Source of the DNA: an uncultured Candidatus Saccharibacteria bacterium
GTDB lineage: Bacteria; Patescibacteriota; Minisyncoccia; Phycocordibacterales; Zambryskibacteraceae
Assembly (NCBI GenBank): GCA_964355645.1
Contig: CAYHDI010000003.1
Coordinates: 887 to 64,886, forward strand
DNA length: 64,000 nucleotides
Direction of reading: 5' to 3'
The position numbers and the translations under genes were made by a program. Below are positions 1-9,566 of this stretch, piece by piece. Below the pieces are notes generated by a model. That model saw only the letters and a list, made by a program, of their open reading frames with translations, was not told where the DNA came from and did not search any database. Within the stretch, counting starts at the first letter, position 1. Each line of letters begins with the position of its first letter.

Positions 1-135
1 TAAACACATTGTTTGCTATGGTAGTTGTTATGTAAGTTCTCGTGGAAGAGGCACTTAGGGTTACACCAGAGGAATCGTTCTAGAGAAAAGTCCGGCGCTT
101 ACATAAATTTAAAATAAAGGCCGGCAAGAAAGAAA

Positions 136-420
136 ATGTCAACAAAGCTCTACGTCGGTGGTATTCCTTATACTACGACAGAAGCAGCACTTCAAGACGC
201 GTTTGCGAAAGCAGGTGCCGTCACTTCAGCTTCGATCATCATTGATCGTATGACTGGACGAAGCAAGGGTTTCGGATTCGTCGAGATGGCAGATGAAGCA
301 TCAGCAGACGCAGCAATCAACATGTACAACGGTCAGGATTTCGAAGGTCGAAAACTTACTGTGAACATCGCTCGTCCGCTTGAGCCTCGTGCTCCTCGCG
401 ACAATCGTCGTCCTATGTAA
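136..420 (+). CDS. RRM-type RNA-binding protein (94 aa)
   Basis: RNP-2 LYVGGI and RNP-1 KGFGFVEM motifs; single RRM fold, similar length to bacterial Rbp proteins. Confidence 0.85.
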   Translation: MSTKLYVGGIPYTTTEAALQDAFAKAGAVTSASIIIDRMTGRSKGFGFVEMADEASADAAINMYNGQDFEGRKLTVNIARPLEPRAPRDNRRPM

Positions 421-464
421 CTTCCACGATTTCCCTTTCGCCAGTTGGCGGAAAGAAATCTGAA

Positions 465-495
465 ACAAAAAATCTCCTTCGGGAGATTTTTTGTT
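465..495 (+). terminator. Rho-independent terminator after RRM gene
   Basis: hairpin aatctcc-ttcg-ggagatt followed by TTTTTTG; second imperfect hairpin at 430-458. Confidence 0.6.
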
Positions 496-525
496 TGTCA
501 TGAGCTCGTCGAATGATTTGTGTAG

Positions 526-1020
526 ATGTATACTATATGTATGAGTCTAAAGAAAAATTTAATTCTCTTAGTTGTTGCTATAGCATTGCTAATTCTTAGT
601 TTTAAATTTCTACCCTTTCATTGCTATTCGAAACTGTGCTTAGAAGAAAGTGTCCCAACCATGCGAACCGAGACGATTTTATTAAATAATATTCCTATCA
701 ATGCTCTTGTAGCAGACACTGAAGCAGAAAGGGTGCAAGGTTTGAGCGGAAGAAACGGTTTAAATGAGAGTGAGGGTATGCTTTTTGTATTTGATGTACC
801 AAACAAGTATGGAATCTGGATGAAGAACATGAATTTCCCAATTGATATTGTTTGGGCTGATGGTGGAAAAATAATTTCTATCGAAAAATCAGTTTCTCCC
901 ACCTCTTATCCAAAAGTTTTTTATCCCACCTCGTCTGCTCGGTTCATCCTCGAGCTTCCAGCTGGATTTTGCGACACCCATGACCTCAAAGTGGGAGATT
1001 CCTTCTCACAAGGTTTATAA
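526..1020 (+). CDS. DUF192 (COG1430) family protein with N-terminal TM segment
   Basis: N-terminal hydrophobic helix; pattern AVADTEAERVQGLSGR...GMLFVFD...GIWMKNMNFPIDIVW typical of DUF192. Confidence 0.6.
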   Translation: MYTICMSLKKNLILLVVAIALLILSFKFLPFHCYSKLCLEESVPTMRTETILLNNIPINALVADTEAERVQGLSGRNGLNESEGMLFVFDVPNKYGIWMKNMNFPIDIVWADGGKIISIEKSVSPTSYPKVFYPTSSARFILELPAGFCDTHDLKVGDSFSQGL

Positions 1021-1203
1021 ACTTTGATAAATTTGTTCTATCCCACCGTTTGTTTTAAACGTCTTTCGGCGGGGGACTTTACAAAGTGGGAGATTTTCTT
1101 TTTTGTACAAAAAGAAATGGTTATCCACACGCCCTCGGTCTAATTTTTTCTATACAATATGCTAACACCAGTAAATTTTATTAGTTCCGTCTAATCAGTA
1201 CCC

Positions 1204-3516
1204 ATGTCCAAAACCCTAAAAAAGAATGTCAAAGCAAGAGTCGCTAAAACGAGTTTAAAGATTCCAAAAACTTTTAAAATCATCAGAACTATTAGAAAGA
1301 GAGACGGACGAGTGGTACCTTTCGATCCTAATAAAATTTACGAAGCTCTTTTCAAAGCCTTCTTAGCCGTTCGAGAGAAGGATGGACCGGTGGTCAAACA
1401 GGTTTCAAGAAAAGTTATTTTCAATTTGCAGAATCTTTTCACCCAGGAGGCTCCGGGTGTGGAAGAAATCCAAGATGTCATCATCGATACCCTCAAAAAA
1501 GATAATTTCAGCGACGTGGCTGAGGCTTATGATGAATACAGAAAAAAAAGACAGGAGATTCGAGAAGCGAAATATTATCTTCTCTATCATGATGTCAAAA
1601 CGACTGTCACCGAGAACGCGCTGAAAGTTCTCGAATCAAGATATTTGAGAAAAGATTCAAACGGAAAGATTATTGAAACTCCCCAACAACTCTTCAGAAG
1701 AATCGCTTCAAACATCGCGGCTGCAGAAAAGATTTATGATCCGAATATTTCTGATGAAGACATCATGAAAGCCGAAGAACGTTTCTATAGATTGATTGCT
1801 TCGCTTGAATTTCTTCCGAACTCACCAACTCTCATGAATGCAGGCACTGCGATGCAACAACTCTCCGCGTGTTTCGTTTTGCCCGTTGAAGATTCCATGG
1901 AAAGTATTTTCGAAGCAGTGAAAGCCACAGCCATCATTCACAAATCCGGCGGAGGCACGGGATACAATTTCGGAAGATTGCGACCGAAGAACGACATGGT
2001 GATGCAGACAGGTGGAGTTTCCTCCGGTCCGATTTCTTTTATGCGTGTGTTTGATATGGTGGCCGAAGTGGTGAAGCAGGGAGGCAAGAGACGAGGAGCC
2101 ATGATGGCCATCTTGAATATCGACCACCCGGATGTTCTTGAATTCATAATGGCCAAGACGAAGGAAGGTATACTTCAAAACTTCAATATTTCGGTGGCTA
2201 TCACCAACGAATTCATGGAGGCGGTAAAGAAGGGCAAAACTTATAAATTAATTAACCCGAAGAACAACCAGCCAGTTGGAGAGCTTGATGCAAGGGAAGT
2301 TTTCGACAAGGTGGCCCATCTGGCCTGGGAAACTGGAGACCCTGGAGTGGTGTTCATTGATCGCATGAACAATGCTCGTGGGAATCCAACCCCCAAACTC
2401 GGACGTATCGAGTCTACCAATCCTTGTGGAGAACAACCTCTTTTGCCGAACGAACCGTGCAATCTTGGTAGTATTGATATAAATAAATTTATAAAACAAG
2501 AGGGCAGAAAAAATGTGTTTGATTGGGAGAGATTAAAAACTACTGTGCACGAATCGGTACATTTCCTGGACAATGTGATTGATATGAACAGATATCCTTT
2601 GCCGGAGATTGATGCCATGGCGCGTTCTAATCGTCGAATCGGTTTAGGACTCATGGGTTGGGCGGATACTCTTGTCAGTCTTGAGATTCCTTATAACTCA
2701 AAGCAAGCACTTATTCTCGCAGACAAGCTAATGAGTTTCGTTGAAAAAGAATCTCACTCAGCTTCAATAAACATTGCCAAGAGACGCGGAACATTCGCCA
2801 ACTTTAAAGATTCTCTTTATAACCATGTTGGTGGAGAAAGATTGCGCAATTGCGCCGTGACCACTATTGCTCCGACGGGGACCATAGGAATTATCGCCGG
2901 TTGTTCTCAAGGCATCGAACCGAAGTTTGCTTTGGCTTACATTAGAAAATCAAGAATTGGAAAGGGTGAGAACGATTGGGTCGAATTGGTCGAAGTAGAC
3001 AAGCAGTTTGAAGATGTGGTGCGTCGCGAAGGATTTTATTCTGAAAGTCTTATCAAGCGCGTGGCCGAACACGGTTCAGTCGTCGGGGTGAAGGGTGTAC
3101 CTCTCAAGTGGCAAAAAGTTTTTGTTACCGCTCATGATTTGGATTATCCTGACCATGTGAAAATGCAAGCGGCTTTCCAAAAACATATTGACAACGCAGT
3201 CTCGAAAACAATCAATCTTCCAAACAAAGCCACCGTAGATGATGTGAAGAAGGCTTACATGCTTTCTTGGGACACGGGTTGCAAAGGGATTACTGTTTAT
3301 CGTGATGGTTCGAAGTCTGTGCAAGTTTTGAATGTTGGTAAGGACAAAAAGAAAGAAGGTGCTGAAAAAAATATTAAAGTACAGGATGTCATCTCAACTT
3401 TAGCCGAAGGTGGAAATGATTCGGTGATGACCGACACCAATGTTAGGAGTGCCGTGGATGTGAAGAACCCTCAACCCGAAGATTTGCCTCCCGGAGTTTG
3501 TCTGACGTGCAATTAA
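1204..3516 (+). CDS. nrdJ: Ribonucleoside-diphosphate/triphosphate reductase, class II (adenosylcobalamin-dependent), with N-terminal ATP-cone
   Basis: ATP-cone VVKRDGRVVPFDPNKI; class II RNR motifs NPCGEQPL, TINLPN...WDTGCKGITVYRDGS; 770 aa. Confidence 0.85.
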   Translation: MSKTLKKNVKARVAKTSLKIPKTFKIIRTIRKRDGRVVPFDPNKIYEALFKAFLAVREKDGPVVKQVSRKVIFNLQNLFTQEAPGVEEIQDVIIDTLKKDNFSDVAEAYDEYRKKRQEIREAKYYLLYHDVKTTVTENALKVLESRYLRKDSNGKIIETPQQLFRRIASNIAAAEKIYDPNISDEDIMKAEERFYRLIASLEFLPNSPTLMNAGTAMQQLSACFVLPVEDSMESIFEAVKATAIIHKSGGGTGYNFGRLRPKNDMVMQTGGVSSGPISFMRVFDMVAEVVKQGGKRRGAMMAILNIDHPDVLEFIMAKTKEGILQNFNISVAITNEFMEAVKKGKTYKLINPKNNQPVGELDAREVFDKVAHLAWETGDPGVVFIDRMNNARGNPTPKLGRIESTNPCGEQPLLPNEPCNLGSIDINKFIKQEGRKNVFDWERLKTTVHESVHFLDNVIDMNRYPLPEIDAMARSNRRIGLGLMGWADTLVSLEIPYNSKQALILADKLMSFVEKESHSASINIAKRRGTFANFKDSLYNHVGGERLRNCAVTTIAPTGTIGIIAGCSQGIEPKFALAYIRKSRIGKGENDWVELVEVDKQFEDVVRREGFYSESLIKRVAEHGSVVGVKGVPLKWQKVFVTAHDLDYPDHVKMQAAFQKHIDNAVSKTINLPNKATVDDVKKAYMLSWDTGCKGITVYRDGSKSVQVLNVGKDKKKEGAEKNIKVQDVISTLAEGGNDSVMTDTNVRSAVDVKNPQPEDLPPGVCLTCN

Positions 3517-3527
3517 TATAAGTTAAT

Positions 3528-3598
3528 CCACCTCACCCCAGCCCCTCTCCTTGTCAAGGAGAGGGGTCGACTCGCGGGCGGCGAGCGGGGGTGAGGTG
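3528..3598 (+). other. GC-rich nested stem-loop element (three-way-junction-like) between nrdJ and gap; probable structured terminator or small RNA element
   Basis: outer stem cacctcacccc/ggggtgaggtg enclosing hairpins cccctctcc-ttgtcaa-ggagagggg and ctcgc-gggcg-gcgag; ~70% GC in an AT-rich genome. Confidence 0.5.
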
Positions 3599-3615
3599 TA
3601 TGATATAATTCAATT

Positions 3616-4611
3616 ATGAAATCAATACGAGTGGCTATTAATGGTGCTGGGAGGATTGGTCGTGCTTTCTACAAGATTGCAAAGACTCGACCAGAATTGG
3701 AAGTGGTGGCTATAAACGACCTTGGAGATAAAGAAAATATTGCTTATCTACTTAAATACGATACGGTTTATGGTCAAAGTGATGTAAGTCTAGACAGAGT
3801 TCAATTTATCTCGGAGAAAGATCCGGCGAAATTACCGTGGAAGGATTTGAATATTGATGTGGTGGTCGAATCTACGGGATTTTATACGACTTATGCTAGT
3901 TCGAAAGCCCATCTTGATGCCGGAGCGAAGAAAGTAGTCGTGACTGCACCCATGAAAGATGAGCCGATTGCAGGGATTGAGGGAGCTACAATTCTTTTGG
4001 GTGTAAATGAAGAAAAATTCAAAACTTGTCAGATAAGTTCGAATGCCTCGTGCACTACGAACGCCGCTTCACCACTCCTTGCTATTCTTCATGAAGCTTT
4101 GGGTATTGAGAAAGCGGTTCTAAACACCGTTCACTCATACACCGCGAGTCAAAACTTGGTTGATGGTCCGAACAAAAAAGATTTTCGAGAAGGACGAGCT
4201 GCTGCACAGAACATTGTTCCGAGCTCTACTGGTGCAGCCATCGCGGTGACCAAAGCTCTGCCTGAATTTGAAGGATTGTTCGACGGAATTTCTATTCGAG
4301 TTCCTTCGGTGATTGGTTCAATCGTAGATGTGACTTTTATCTCGAAGAAACCCACCACAGTTCTCGAAGTGAACAAGATAATGACCGAGGCTTCGCATAC
4401 AGATAGATGGAAAAATGTTTTCGAGGTGACGAGTGAACCGATTGTCTCATCAGATATTCGGGATAGTGCTCATGCTTCCATCGCTGATTTAAATTTTACC
4501 CGTGTAGTCGGAGGTAATCTGGTGAAAGTTCTCGCATGGTATGACAACGAGATGGGGTATACTCATACTCTCGTTGAGCATGTAGTGAAAATGGGAGAAG
4601 GATTAGTCTAA
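3616..4611 (+). CDS. gap: Glyceraldehyde-3-phosphate dehydrogenase, type I
   Basis: NAD-binding INGAGRIGR; catalytic SNASCTTN; SSTGAA motif. Confidence 0.9.
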   Translation: MKSIRVAINGAGRIGRAFYKIAKTRPELEVVAINDLGDKENIAYLLKYDTVYGQSDVSLDRVQFISEKDPAKLPWKDLNIDVVVESTGFYTTYASSKAHLDAGAKKVVVTAPMKDEPIAGIEGATILLGVNEEKFKTCQISSNASCTTNAASPLLAILHEALGIEKAVLNTVHSYTASQNLVDGPNKKDFREGRAAAQNIVPSSTGAAIAVTKALPEFEGLFDGISIRVPSVIGSIVDVTFISKKPTTVLEVNKIMTEASHTDRWKNVFEVTSEPIVSSDIRDSAHASIADLNFTRVVGGNLVKVLAWYDNEMGYTHTLVEHVVKMGEGLV

Positions 4612-4620
4612 TTTTATTTT

Positions 4621-5085
4621 ATGAAAATATTTGTTGGCACAGATCATGCAGGGTTTGAGCTTAAACAGAAACTTGTTCCGTTTCTTGAAAGCTTGGGACA
4701 TGAGGTAGTGGACAAAGGAGCTTTAGAATTTGATGCCTATGATGATTACCCGGATTACGTCTCTTTGGTTGCACAGGAAATTTCGAAAAATCCAGACTCG
4801 ACCAAGGCTCGAGGGATTATCATAGGTGGTTCTGGAGAAGGTGAGGCCATGTGCGCCAATAGATTCAAAAATGTCAGAGCCATGGAATATTATGGGCCAC
4901 ACTCGAATGTTTCTATCATTAAAGCTTCAAGAAACGACAACGATTCAAATATTCTTTCTCTTGGTGCGCGACTGATTACTGAAGAAGAGGCGCTCAAGGC
5001 TGTTCAAGATTGGCTAGAGACGCCGTTTTCTGGAAATGAAAGGCACGTGAGGAGAATTGCCAAGCTCAACAACATCAATGGTTGA
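4621..5085 (+). CDS. rpiB: Ribose-5-phosphate isomerase B (RpiB/LacA family)
   Basis: MKIFVGTDHAGFELK...IIIGGSGEGEAMCANR signature. Confidence 0.85.
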   Translation: MKIFVGTDHAGFELKQKLVPFLESLGHEVVDKGALEFDAYDDYPDYVSLVAQEISKNPDSTKARGIIIGGSGEGEAMCANRFKNVRAMEYYGPHSNVSIIKASRNDNDSNILSLGARLITEEEALKAVQDWLETPFSGNERHVRRIAKLNNING

Positions 5086-5782
5086 AATCATCCCAGCGAT
5101 ATTGCCTGAAGATTTTTCTGATCTTGAAGAAAAGCTTTCTCTCGTGGCCGGACGAGTGCCTATGGTGCATGTGGATATCACGAATGCCACTCTGACCAAA
5201 GAATCAAACTGGCCGTATAGTGGAGACCAAACAGATTTTTTAAAAATTGTGAACGAAGTGGAAGGATTCCCATTCTGGGAAGAAACGAGCTTTGAGGCAC
5301 ACCTCATGGTGAATAACCCGAAAGAGATTATTGAAGATTGGATTCTCGCTGGAGCAGAAAGATTGGTGATTCATGTAGAATCATTTGAAAGTGATAGTGA
5401 ATTGAGCCGAACACTCGATATTTTGAAAAACCGTTTTGATAAGGACACGACCTATCTCGGGATAGAAGTTGGGTTGGCGGTCAATATGAATACTTCGCTT
5501 GAGAAAGTTTATCCTCACGTTCTTGAAGCAGATTTTATCCATCTCATGAGTATTGATGAGATAGGTGAACAAGGAGAAAAATTTGATAAAAAAATATTTG
5601 AAAGGGTTAAGGAGTTGAGAGAGAAATTCCCTGAGACCATTATTGCTGTAGACGGGGGAGTAAATCTTGAGAATGCTTCAGAATTAATCGAAGCTGGCGT
5701 GAGCCGTCTCATCATCGGTTCAGCCATTTTTGATACTGAGAATCCAGAAGAATCTCTCGAAGAATTTCTGGAAGTGGTATAA
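5078..5782 (+). CDS. rpe: Ribulose-phosphate 3-epimerase
   Basis: HLMV...P motif and VDGGVN...GSAIF C-terminal motif; start most likely at MVEIIPAIL (5078), overlapping rpiB by 8 nt; ORF track extends to 5057. Confidence 0.8.
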   Translation: MVEIIPAILPEDFSDLEEKLSLVAGRVPMVHVDITNATLTKESNWPYSGDQTDFLKIVNEVEGFPFWEETSFEAHLMVNNPKEIIEDWILAGAERLVIHVESFESDSELSRTLDILKNRFDKDTTYLGIEVGLAVNMNTSLEKVYPHVLEADFIHLMSIDEIGEQGEKFDKKIFERVKELREKFPETIIAVDGGVNLENASELIEAGVSRLIIGSAIFDTENPEESLEEFLEVV

Positions 5783-5793
5783 TTATTATACAA

Positions 5794-6663
5794 ATGAGCA
5801 CTTTATCTGATGAGAAAAGAGTGAAGCTTGAAGAAACTGCGAATAATATTCGCGAGTCGATTATTGAAATGCTGGTAGAAGCGGGGAGCGGGCACACCGC
5901 GGGACCACTCGGGATGGCGGATGTTTTCACTGTTCTATATTTTCATACACTCAAACACGACCCGAAGAATCCTACATGGGAAGAACGAGATAGATTGGTT
6001 CTTTCAAATGGACACATTTGTCCAGTGCTTTATGCCACCATGGCTTATTCTGGATATTTTCCTATTGAAGAATTGAAAACTTTGCGCAAATTCGGTTCAA
6101 GACTTCAAGGTCACCCACATAGAGATTTTCTCCCGATGGTTGAAACGAGTTCAGGTCCACTCGGTTCAGGACTTTCTCAAGCTGTCGGTATGGCCCTCGC
6201 AGACAAAATGGATAATGGGACGAATACCGGAAGAAGAATTTATTGTTTGATGTCTGATGGGGAATGCGAAGAAGGACAAACGTGGGAAGCGGCCATGCTC
6301 GGAGGAAAAAATAAATTAAATAATCTCGTGGCTGTAGTGGATAGAAACAATATTCAAATTGATGGCTATACCGAAGAGGTCATGCCTCTCGAATCCTTCT
6401 CGGACAAATGGCGGGCATGGAATTGGCACGTGATAGAAATTGACGGACACAATATGGAAGAGATCGCCGATGCGTTCGAGATGGCCAAAACGATTTTTGA
6501 GAAGCCGACTATGATTATTGCCCACACTATCCCGGGCAAAGGGGTGAAAGAATTCGAACGAGATTATCGTTGGCACGGCAAGCCACCAACCAAGGAAGAA
6601 GGCCTAATGGCCATTAATGAACTTCGAACTTTGGGTGGAAAAATAAGAAGTGAACATCAATAG
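5794..6663 (+). CDS. Transketolase, N-terminal subunit (split tkt)
   Basis: TPP-binding GSGHTAGPLGMADVF, GHICPVLYA; 289 aa matches split-transketolase N section. Confidence 0.85.
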   Translation: MSTLSDEKRVKLEETANNIRESIIEMLVEAGSGHTAGPLGMADVFTVLYFHTLKHDPKNPTWEERDRLVLSNGHICPVLYATMAYSGYFPIEELKTLRKFGSRLQGHPHRDFLPMVETSSGPLGSGLSQAVGMALADKMDNGTNTGRRIYCLMSDGECEEGQTWEAAMLGGKNKLNNLVAVVDRNNIQIDGYTEEVMPLESFSDKWRAWNWHVIEIDGHNMEEIADAFEMAKTIFEKPTMIIAHTIPGKGVKEFERDYRWHGKPPTKEEGLMAINELRTLGGKIRSEHQ

Positions 6664-7657
6664 TATGTTAAACAAAGATTTAAAACTAAATACAAAAATG
6701 TTCGAAACGGATGTCGAACAAATTCCAATTCGCAAGGGATTCGGTCAGGGTCTTGTACTCGCAGGTGAGAAAAATCCACAAGTGGTTGCTTTGTGTGCAG
6801 ATTTGACTGAATCAGCCCAAGCACTGGCGTTCAAAGAAAAGTTTCCGAACCGTTTCGTAGAGCTCGGAGTGGCTGAACAAAACATGGCGAGTGTGGCGAG
6901 CGGAATGGCAGCCATGGGCAAGATTCCTTTTATTATTTCTTATGCCATTTTTTCTCCAGGAAGAAATTGGGAACAAATCAGAACTACGATTGCTTATAAT
7001 AATCGCCCAGTAAAGATTGTTGGTTCACATGCCGGCATTTCTGTAGGACCGGACGGCGGGACACATCAAGCGATTGAGGATTTGGCCATCACTCGCGTGA
7101 TTCCCCGAATGATGGTGATTTCTCCGTGTGATGCAATTGAGGCGAAGAAAGCGACGGTAGCTTGCATTGGTGTTGATGCACCAGTTTATATCCGTTTGGC
7201 CCGCGAGAAAACCCCAGTGATGACCACGGAAGAAACTCCGTTTGAAATAGGCAAAGCTCAAATCTTTTGGACTCCGCCAACTGGCGGATCAAAACCAAAA
7301 GTAGGAATCATTGCAACGGGTGCCCTTCTTCACAAAGCTCTTTCAGTGGCACAAACTTTGGAGAAAGATGGAGTCGGGGTTGAAGTGATGAATCTCTCGA
7401 CCATTAAGCCGTTGGACGAAGATGCCATCATTGCTCTAGCCAAGAAAACCGGGAAAATTGTGACCGTAGAAGAACATCAAATTCGAGGCGGAATGGGCTC
7501 TGCTGTGGCAGAATGTCTAGTCAAGCATTTCCCCGTACCTATGAAATTTATTGGTGTGGATGACCAATTTGGTCAATCTGGTACTCCAGAAGAATTGATT
7601 GAACATTATGGAATGGGGGAGAAAGATATTTTGAAAGCGGTGAGAGAATTAATCTAG
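6650..7657 (+). CDS. Transketolase, C-terminal subunit (split tkt)
   Basis: pyrimidine-binding and C-terminal transketolase domains (EQNMASVASGMA..., ISVGPDGGTHQAIEDLA); overlaps N-subunit gene; true start may be 6665 or 6716. Confidence 0.85.
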   Translation: MNINSMLNKDLKLNTKMFETDVEQIPIRKGFGQGLVLAGEKNPQVVALCADLTESAQALAFKEKFPNRFVELGVAEQNMASVASGMAAMGKIPFIISYAIFSPGRNWEQIRTTIAYNNRPVKIVGSHAGISVGPDGGTHQAIEDLAITRVIPRMMVISPCDAIEAKKATVACIGVDAPVYIRLAREKTPVMTTEETPFEIGKAQIFWTPPTGGSKPKVGIIATGALLHKALSVAQTLEKDGVGVEVMNLSTIKPLDEDAIIALAKKTGKIVTVEEHQIRGGMGSAVAECLVKHFPVPMKFIGVDDQFGQSGTPEELIEHYGMGEKDILKAVRELI

Positions 7658-8668
7658 TTTTTTTGGTTTGAAATTTGCAGGTGCTTGTTTCAAATATTCT
7701 TCAAGTTTTTCTCTTGTGAGCAACCCTTCTTGAGCGCCGATTTTTTGAACCACAGACATAGAATTTACCGCGCCCCACATGAGAGCTATTTCTAAATCTT
7801 TACCAAGAGCCAGGGCAGAAACAACTGTAGAAGCAAATGCATCTCCCGCTCCTGTTCTCTCAAATGCAAGTTTTTGATCGGGGTAAACAGGAGCAAACCA
7901 CATTTCTTGACCGTCGTATGCATAAGCCCCCCTTGGTCCATCGGTGATGACCACAATCTTTGCGTTGCCCATCGAAGCCTTGGCGGAGTTGGGGCCCAAT
8001 AATTCATACATACGCTTAAGAAGTTCTTTGATTCCTAATGTCTCAAGCCCAATAATCTTTCCAGCCTCTTCAACATTGCAAAAGAAAATATTGGCCCGTT
8101 TATAAAGTCTAGCCAATTTATCTTTACCCAAATTAATTTCATTTTTACCCGGTTGAAAAGCCAATTTAATTTCAAGATGATTTTCCAAATATTCTGCAAG
8201 AGTATCATAAAAGGAATTTGCAGAGTTTCCGACAGAACTAAAGTAAATCCATTTTGATCCGCCGGTTGGCGGATCAAAATCCGGTAGTAAATATGGATAA
8301 ACTTCATGCTTGGTTAAAATTGTTCGTTCTGGATCATACCACAAAACATAATGATAATTTGTTTTGGTCCCTTCATTTATTTTTATAAATTCTGTGCCGA
8401 CCCCTTCTTTTTTAAAAGCTTCCAGACAATCCACTCCGTTTTGATCATCACCAATATTTGAGACCAGAGCAGTTTTAAGTCCAAGCCTTGATGCAGATAC
8501 TGCCGCGTTTGCCGCATTGCCTACGGCTGGAACGATGGTCACATCTTCGTACGGAACCTTGTCAGCGAAGGGTAAACAGATTTTGTATTCCTTGGTGTCC
8601 GGTTGACCCACAACCGTCGCGTCTTTCAGCTTTATAAAAGCGTCAATAACCGTATCACCTATGGCCAT
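7649..8668 (-). CDS. PfkB-family carbohydrate kinase (ribokinase-like)
   Basis: N-terminal MAIGDTVID and C-terminal GAGDAFAS...ALG PfkB signatures; ORF-track N-extension to 8779 rejected; divergent from fba. Confidence 0.8.
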   Translation of the reverse strand: MAIGDTVIDAFIKLKDATVVGQPDTKEYKICLPFADKVPYEDVTIVPAVGNAANAAVSASRLGLKTALVSNIGDDQNGVDCLEAFKKEGVGTEFIKINEGTKTNYHYVLWYDPERTILTKHEVYPYLLPDFDPPTGGSKWIYFSSVGNSANSFYDTLAEYLENHLEIKLAFQPGKNEINLGKDKLARLYKRANIFFCNVEEAGKIIGLETLGIKELLKRMYELLGPNSAKASMGNAKIVVITDGPRGAYAYDGQEMWFAPVYPDQKLAFERTGAGDAFASTVVSALALGKDLEIALMWGAVNSMSVVQKIGAQEGLLTREKLEEYLKQAPANFKPKKLD

Positions 8669-8714
8669 GAAGTCGTACATTAAATTAATTGTACCATATG
8701 GTAAAATAATCTTA

Positions 8715-9566
8715 ATGAAAACTTTAAAAGAATATATACAAGAAGCGGAAGAGAAGGGAGTGGCCATAGGGCATTTCAATATTTCAGATTCAGAGGGATT
8801 GAAGGCGGTGGTGGAATCCGCTACCGAACTCGGGGTACCAGTTATTATTGGAGTTTCGGAGAAAGAAAGAAGTTTCCTCGGAGTGGCTGAGATTCGAGTA
8901 CTTGTTCAAGCGGAGAAAGACAAAGGCTTGCCTGTTTTTCTTAATGCCGATCATACGTATTCTATTGAAGCTTCGGAGGAAGCGGTGGATAATCATTTTG
9001 ATTCGGTCATCATTGATGGGGCGGAGAAACCTTTCAATGAAAATATGATGATGACGAAGGAAGTGGTGAGATATGCTCGTGAGAAAGCGCCCGGCATGCT
9101 TGTTGAGGGTGAACTCGGATTCATTGGCACGGGTTCGATGATGCGTGATGAAATTCCTGATGGAGTCTCACTTGAAACTCAAACTACACTAGAAGATGCG
9201 AAGAAATTTGTCGAAGAAACGGGGGTGGATTTGTTCGCCCCTTCGGTCGGTAATGTACACGGTCTTGTAAGATCAGGCGAACCAAAACTAAATATTAAAA
9301 GAATCAAGGAAATTAATAAAGTCGTGGGCGTACCCCTTGTTCTTCACGGTGCTTCAGGAAATACTGACGAAGAAGTCTCGGCTTCGATTGATGCGGGGAT
9401 TCGTATTGTTCATATCAATACCGAACTCCGCTTGGCTTACAAAAAGGGAATTGAGAAGGGTTTGAGTTCAGATGAAATTGCTCCGTACAAATTTATGGCC
9501 GAAGGTGTGGTCGAGATGAAAAAGATTGTTACCGCCAAGCTCAAAGTTTTCAACAAAATTAAATGA
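8715..9566 (+). CDS. fba: Fructose-bisphosphate aldolase, class II
   Basis: LKEYIQEAEEKGVAIGHFNISD N-terminus, LHGASG and VHINTELRLAY motifs; start taken at MKTLKEY (8715). Confidence 0.8.
   Translation: MKTLKEYIQEAEEKGVAIGHFNISDSEGLKAVVESATELGVPVIIGVSEKERSFLGVAEIRVLVQAEKDKGLPVFLNADHTYSIEASEEAVDNHFDSVIIDGAEKPFNENMMMTKEVVRYAREKAPGMLVEGELGFIGTGSMMRDEIPDGVSLETQTTLEDAKKFVEETGVDLFAPSVGNVHGLVRSGEPKLNIKRIKEINKVVGVPLVLHGASGNTDEEVSASIDAGIRIVHINTELRLAYKKGIEKGLSSDEIAPYKFMAEGVVEMKKIVTAKLKVFNKIK

Noticed and set aside
1021-1203. NrdR box or cobalamin riboswitch upstream of nrdJ
   Set aside because: I found no palindromic NrdR-box consensus and no B12-box in the 183-nt leader.
5057-5077. Upstream start for rpe, and similar ORF-track N-extensions for the PfkB kinase, fba, rnhB, dnaE, typA and rnr
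   Set aside because: Homologue N-termini and RBS positions support the internal start codons listed in the features.
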